NCBI GenBank assembly: GCA_029260935.1
Contig: JAJDCJ010000015.1
Location: 1 to 62,068, forward strand
From: Patescibacteria group bacterium
Lineage (GTDB): Bacteria > Patescibacteriota > Minisyncoccia > Phycocordibacterales > Phycocordibacteraceae
Length of the DNA: 62,068 nt
Direction of reading: 5' to 3'
The position numbers and the translations under genes were made by a program. Within the stretch, counting starts at the first letter, position 1; each line of letters opens with the position of its first letter. The notes below the pieces were generated by a model. That model saw only the letters and a list, made by a program, of their open reading frames with translations, was not told the DNA's origin and did not search any database. Below are positions 57,575 through 62,068 of this stretch, in pieces.

Positions 57575-58267
57575 TTACGCTCCCCTCTTTTTCATGTAGA
57601 GAACCCAGTAATTTCTTTTATAGACACGTCCGCTCAGACGCGAATAGTTGGTCTTTTTTTTGATTTTCTCAATAATAAAATAGGGTGCGTAAAGCGCTGT
57701 AATGTCTTTTTCAGTAAACACCCTCTCGTATAGTGAAAGTTCTGGCATCACATAGGTGTCTTTTTCTTTCCCCGGCGACGTTTTAAGAAGGGTCTGTGCG
57801 TTTTTGTCGCCGTCTTTTGACAGCGCTTTTACAAAAAATAAACCATCATTTTTTAGCACTCTGTATGTTTCTTTTATGTACATATCCCGCTCATTTTCTG
57901 TCAATGAGTTTGAGGAAACCACATCCAGTGCAACATCAAAATAATCGTCTTCAAATGGGTATATTGTGCCTATGTCGTGTGGATAGTATAGTGCGGGTAA
58001 TTCATGCTCTGAAGCCCTTTTTTGAGCCTCTAAGACTGCATTGTGGGCTATTTCAAGCCCTTTAACAGTGCTTCCGAGGGAAGCAAAGTAGTTACCATTC
58101 TTCCCTACCCCACTTCCCAAATCTAGGACTGTAAGGTCGTTAAAATTAAGCTTCTTTTCCTTTCTTAGGTAGCGTCCGTAGTCGCGGGTATCTCGCGAAG
58201 GTACGGCTCCCCCTGTTACCAAACTTCTTTTTGCCCACTCATTTTCCCAGACTTGTTTTTGTGCCAT
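57575..58267 (-). CDS. Class I SAM-dependent methyltransferase
   Basis: VLDLGSGVG, YRVLK..G. Confidence 0.9.
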   Translation of the reverse strand: MAQKQVWENEWAKRSLVTGGAVPSRDTRDYGRYLRKEKKLNFNDLTVLDLGSGVGKNGNYFASLGSTVKGLEIAHNAVLEAQKRASEHELPALYYPHDIGTIYPFEDDYFDVALDVVSSNSLTENERDMYIKETYRVLKNDGLFFVKALSKDGDKNAQTLLKTSPGKEKDTYVMPELSLYERVFTEKDITALYAPYFIIEKIKKKTNYSRLSGRVYKRNYWVLYMKKRGA

Positions 58268-58284
58268 TTTCTATAAGGTCGTCC

Positions 58285-59355
58285 CTAACCAAGAAGAGCA
58301 AAAACGACTCCGACAAACGAAAGCACCGCCGTGATAACCCAATACCGCATGGTTACTTTATAACTTGGCCATCCAATTGCCTCAAAGTGGTGGTGAAGTG
58401 GCGCGACACGAAGTAGCTTTTTACCTCTAAACTTCTTAGAACTAATTTGTGCAATATTTGAAAGAACCGTTGCCGAAAGTGGGAGTGCAATAATACCGAG
58501 TGTTAAAAAACCATGACCGTCACCCAATGTGTCAGTCATGAAAGCAACAACAGTCAGCGTCATAGTGAGCGCCATAGTGCCGGTTTCCGTCATCCAGAAG
58601 CGCGCAGGAGGAATGTTAAACCACAGAAACGCTAATATACCTCCTGCTATTGTTGCGGAAAATGCAGCAAGGTCTATTTGGTTTTGGAAAAACGCGATAC
58701 TAGCGTACGCTCCAAAAATGAGTGCAAAAACACCGCCTGCCAACCCGTCAATGCCGTCAATTACTCCTGAAGCATAGAAAAAAAGTGAGACCAGAACAAA
58801 CAAAGGAACAATAAGCCATCCTATTTCAAGCGGTGCATGAAAAGGAATACCAATTGAAGTGACGTCTAGTTTGTCAAAAAACCACCATCCAGCAAACAGC
58901 GAAACTGTACCGACTATAATAAGTCTCGTACGAAGAGAAATACCACGTGCCGTTTCTGTAGTGACATCCAACAAGTCATTTATAAAACCAACCGAAGCAC
59001 CAATAAGGAGCGCCACTAAAGGAAGCCATGTTTGATTACGTGAAATAATATTTAACTCGTCAAGGAATGTATTATCAGTCAGACTAGCAACGATGCCAAA
59101 AATAAAAACGGTTGCAACCACACTCCCCCATATCACAATGCCACCCATGCGTGGGGTCTTTGTTTCGTTTTCGCTATGCAGTTTATTAAATTCTTCAGCT
59201 TGGCTACCGTCTAGTGCTTTTTTTCCACCGGACTTTTTCCATATTTTATGTGCGTAGAGGTAGTGGGTCAGGAGTGGTGTCCCTATGATCCCTATAGTAA
59301 AAGCAAAAATTGCCGGGAGAAAAACTTTGATAACGTCAATTATAAGAACATCCAT
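58285..59355 (-). CDS. mraY: Phospho-MurNAc-pentapeptide transferase
   Basis: TPRMGG, DGIDGL, APLHHHFE. Confidence 0.93.
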   Translation of the reverse strand: MDVLIIDVIKVFLPAIFAFTIGIIGTPLLTHYLYAHKIWKKSGGKKALDGSQAEEFNKLHSENETKTPRMGGIVIWGSVVATVFIFGIVASLTDNTFLDELNIISRNQTWLPLVALLIGASVGFINDLLDVTTETARGISLRTRLIIVGTVSLFAGWWFFDKLDVTSIGIPFHAPLEIGWLIVPLFVLVSLFFYASGVIDGIDGLAGGVFALIFGAYASIAFFQNQIDLAAFSATIAGGILAFLWFNIPPARFWMTETGTMALTMTLTVVAFMTDTLGDGHGFLTLGIIALPLSATVLSNIAQISSKKFRGKKLLRVAPLHHHFEAIGWPSYKVTMRYWVITAVLSFVGVVFALLG

Positions 59356-59367
59356 GGTCTGTGCTTT

Positions 59368-60306
59368 TTATTGGTTAATGCGAGTATTAGTACAGAGTGT
59401 ATCACGCTTGATATTGTTTTGAACAAACCTAAACAGGGTTGTGAGGTCTTTGTCCCTCCCCTCCTTTCCTGAGGCAAGTACCACGAGTGCTACAGGATGT
59501 CCCACGATTGGCTCTGCAATAACAGCTAAATTACCACCTGCTAGGTCAGTGAATCCAGTCTTTGCCAGTATCCAACCGGGAAGCTCTCCAGAAATAGCGC
59601 TCGTATGGATAGCATCATAAAACTTTCCTGATACAGAGGTGATTGTTTTTTTAGGAATATTTGATGCGCTAAAAGTATCGCGATCTCTCTCGTATACCTC
59701 AACCAAAAGATGAGCAAAATCCCGCGCTGAACCATATGCACCAGCTGTTTTTTCACTCACATCAAGACCGGTATCATTTAGAAAATATGTCTGACGTAAA
59801 TTAAGCTGACCTGCAAGTGTGTTCATTCTTTGAACAAAAGTATCAAACGGCTCCCCTTTTGAGTTAGTGGTGGCAAGCGCAAGCGCGTGGGCACCATCGT
59901 TTGATGACGTAATAAGTGTAAAGTCTATTAAGTCTTGTACTTTCCACAGCTCACCGACTGTAAAACCTGAGTCTCCTTCAGGGGTGAGTGCCTCCGGTGT
60001 AATGGTAATAAATTCATTAGGGTTAAGTACGCGGGACGCAATCAACACGGTCATTATTTTTGTTAAAGATGCCAAAGGAACTTGTGCTGTTTCATTTTTT
60101 TGATACAGAACACGTCCTTTATTTAGGTCAAACACATACGCCGCCTTTGCCTCAATGCGAGGCAACGGTGCAGAACATGCAGCACTGGCGACAAGACCAT
60201 TAGTTGGAGTTTCTATGTGGAGTGTAATCAGTTGGTTAACATAAAACCCCATACCAATAACAAAAACGACAAAAACACCTATACCAGCGCCAATATAACT
60301 ATTCAT
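59368..60306 (-). CDS. D-Ala-D-Ala carboxypeptidase (S11)
   Basis: ASLTK, SSND, AKTGFT; start refined to MNSYIG. Confidence 0.9.
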   Translation of the reverse strand: MNSYIGAGIGVFVVFVIGMGFYVNQLITLHIETPTNGLVASAACSAPLPRIEAKAAYVFDLNKGRVLYQKNETAQVPLASLTKIMTVLIASRVLNPNEFITITPEALTPEGDSGFTVGELWKVQDLIDFTLITSSNDGAHALALATTNSKGEPFDTFVQRMNTLAGQLNLRQTYFLNDTGLDVSEKTAGAYGSARDFAHLLVEVYERDRDTFSASNIPKKTITSVSGKFYDAIHTSAISGELPGWILAKTGFTDLAGGNLAVIAEPIVGHPVALVVLASGKEGRDKDLTTLFRFVQNNIKRDTLCTNTRINQ

Positions 60307-60847
60307 GTTCTTCATTTGTTTCTTGTTCATCAAGCACTTTTTGCACATCTGCTTTGATCTGTTCAAACTCAGGAGCGTCACGTAATGTGGAAAGCCCAAG
60401 TGATGCAGGAAGCTCTGGTGTGCCTTGATAAAGAAAACTTCTTTTATCTTTTGGGTGTGGTGTTTTTTCAACAAGCCCACGGATAAGGAGCGTACGTAAA
60501 ATAGATGATGAGTTTACACCGCGGATATATTCAATATCGCTTTTTGAAAGTGGTCCGTGGTAGATAATAATTGCCAGAGTTTCAAGACCAGCTTTACCTA
60601 ACGGGCCGTCTAACTCTTCTCGTCTCATACCTTCAATGATCTCGTGTGTTTCAGGAGCTGTTGCCAGTCCAACGTAACCATTCTCCTGTACTACACGAAT
60701 ACCTCTTTGCAAAAGGGAGTCAGAAAGCGCCATAATATGCACAGCAAGATCCCCTTCTTTTATAGTGAGAATGTTGGCAAGTGTACTGAGTCGCATTGGT
60801 TCGCCATGATAAAACAGAATTGCTTCAATTTTTTTTTCATTATCCAT
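60299..60847 (-). CDS. scpB: SMC-Scp subunit ScpB
   Basis: IEAILF, LETLAII.Y, IEYIRGVNS. Confidence 0.95.
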   Translation of the reverse strand: MDNEKKIEAILFYHGEPMRLSTLANILTIKEGDLAVHIMALSDSLLQRGIRVVQENGYVGLATAPETHEIIEGMRREELDGPLGKAGLETLAIIIYHGPLSKSDIEYIRGVNSSSILRTLLIRGLVEKTPHPKDKRSFLYQGTPELPASLGLSTLRDAPEFEQIKADVQKVLDEQETNEEHE

Positions 60848-60851
60848 ACAC

Positions 60852-61580
60852 TTAATCGTATCGTGGTGCACGAGGCGCCCCTGCATAGTGTAACGTAATA
60901 TCTGAAAAACGCCCCTCTTGCTCTACTAAAAGAGTTCCTCGCTTTACCAACTCAAGTACAGCTAAAAAGCCAACAACAATTTCCCGTGTATCCTCAGGAC
61001 TTCCAACAAAGTCTTTAAAAGTAGTTGAGAGTGCCTGTTCAAGACGAGACGCAAGGTTGCCCATCATTTCATCAAGTGAAATTACTGACTTGATTGAAAC
61101 TTCGCGTTTCTTTTCTTGTTGTGGCGCACGCATCAGAACAGCAGTTATTGCCTCTTGTATACTTTCCACACCCAAGTCAGGGCTTGGTGAAAACAGGGGT
61201 GAGATGTCACGTTTTAATCCGCCGAAAAATAAACGTCGGTCAAGTTGTCCTAAGGTACGTCCGGCATTTCTGAATATCTTGTATAAACTCAAACGTTTTT
61301 CTAAGTCAGAAATATTTTCTTCTTCCTCTTCCGTCAAAGAGAGCACAGGGAGGAGTGAACGTGACTTGAGCAAAAGAAGCGTTGCCGCAATCAGTATAAA
61401 ATGAGCGGCTTGTCCTGCTGGAAACGAGTCGTGACTCTTTACAAAAGCAACAAAATCATCCGCTACTTTTGAAAGCGACACATCAGACACCAGCATCTTA
61501 CGCTCCTCAATCAATGTCAAAAGCAGGTCCAAAGGACCTGAAAACTCACCCATATTCACTTGAAATTGCCCACTACTCAT
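60852..61580 (-). CDS. scpA: Segregation/condensation protein A
   Basis: FSGPLDLLL.LI, FLAVLELVK. Confidence 0.95.
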   Translation of the reverse strand: MSSGQFQVNMGEFSGPLDLLLTLIEERKMLVSDVSLSKVADDFVAFVKSHDSFPAGQAAHFILIAATLLLLKSRSLLPVLSLTEEEEENISDLEKRLSLYKIFRNAGRTLGQLDRRLFFGGLKRDISPLFSPSPDLGVESIQEAITAVLMRAPQQEKKREVSIKSVISLDEMMGNLASRLEQALSTTFKDFVGSPEDTREIVVGFLAVLELVKRGTLLVEQEGRFSDITLHYAGAPRAPRYD

Positions 61581-61633
61581 TGCCCATAGTATATCATTGA
61601 CTACATTATATTTTTATGAAGAAGCGGTCCTTG

Positions 61634-62068
61634 TTACTTCTTTTTCTTCTTAATTTCCAAATTCAACTCATTAAGCTGTTCCTTACTTAATTCTTTTGGC
61701 GCATTCATAACAGCAGTTTGACCACTGCGAGTCATAGGGAAAGCTTGTACTTCTCTTAAAAATCCTTCATTGGCAAGGTTCATAATATTCCGCTCAATAC
61801 CGAGGGCGATACCACCGTGTGGCGGGGTTCCATAATTAAATGCTTGAAGCATATGTCCCACTTTCTCTTCAATTTCTTCATCCGAGTGACCCATTATCTT
61901 GTATGTCGCTTTAAGTATTTCAGATTTATGAGCACGAATAGAGCCTCCACCTGTTTCAAAGCCGTTGCAGACGAGGTCATATTGTGTTGTTAAAATTTGG
62001 TCAATATTCTTACCTTTAAGGAGCCAGTCTACATGTTCCGGGAGTGGCATTGAAAACGGGTTATGACT
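61634..62068 (-). CDS. aspS: Aspartyl-tRNA synthetase C-terminal part (runs off the window)
   Basis: YDLVCNGFETGGGSIR, YGTPPHGGIALGIER, AFP. Confidence 0.93.
   Translation of the reverse strand, partial: SHNPFSMPLPEHVDWLLKGKNIDQILTTQYDLVCNGFETGGGSIRAHKSEILKATYKIMGHSDEEIEEKVGHMLQAFNYGTPPHGGIALGIERNIMNLANEGFLREVQAFPMTRSGQTAVMNAPKELSKEQLNELNLEIKKKKK

Overview
Chromosomal segment of a small-genome bacterium, most likely Patescibacteria/CPR (Parcubacteria-like). This is inferred from the gene set (two mreB, degenerate priA, short holB-like gene, CPR-type pilin, near-leaderless genes) and the use of standard code 11. Most of the window is housekeeping: cell wall and division, translation, replication and repair. 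The unusual material is in five places. (1) 1-5960: a genomic island at the 3' end of a tRNA-Asn that is split by a group I intron. It carries a large serine recombinase whose C-terminus is cut by its att site, a complete 276-bp inverted copy of the putative attP encoding an alternative recombinase C-terminus, a HEPN gene, small membrane genes and gene fragments. (2) A REP-associated HUH transposase (RAYT) flanked by REP palindromes and carrying one in-frame inside its coding sequence; the same REP recurs elsewhere, once beside a duplicated priA 3' end. (3) Stacked direct and inverted copies of tRNA ends at both tRNA genes. (4) Two secreted proteins with different N-termini and a shared C-terminal module ending PSFEEI, near a type IV pilin. 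(5) Many ORFs under 60 aa missed by the ORF track, including Cys-rich peptides. No CRISPR array or rRNA was seen. All protein calls are motif recognition by eye, not database searches.
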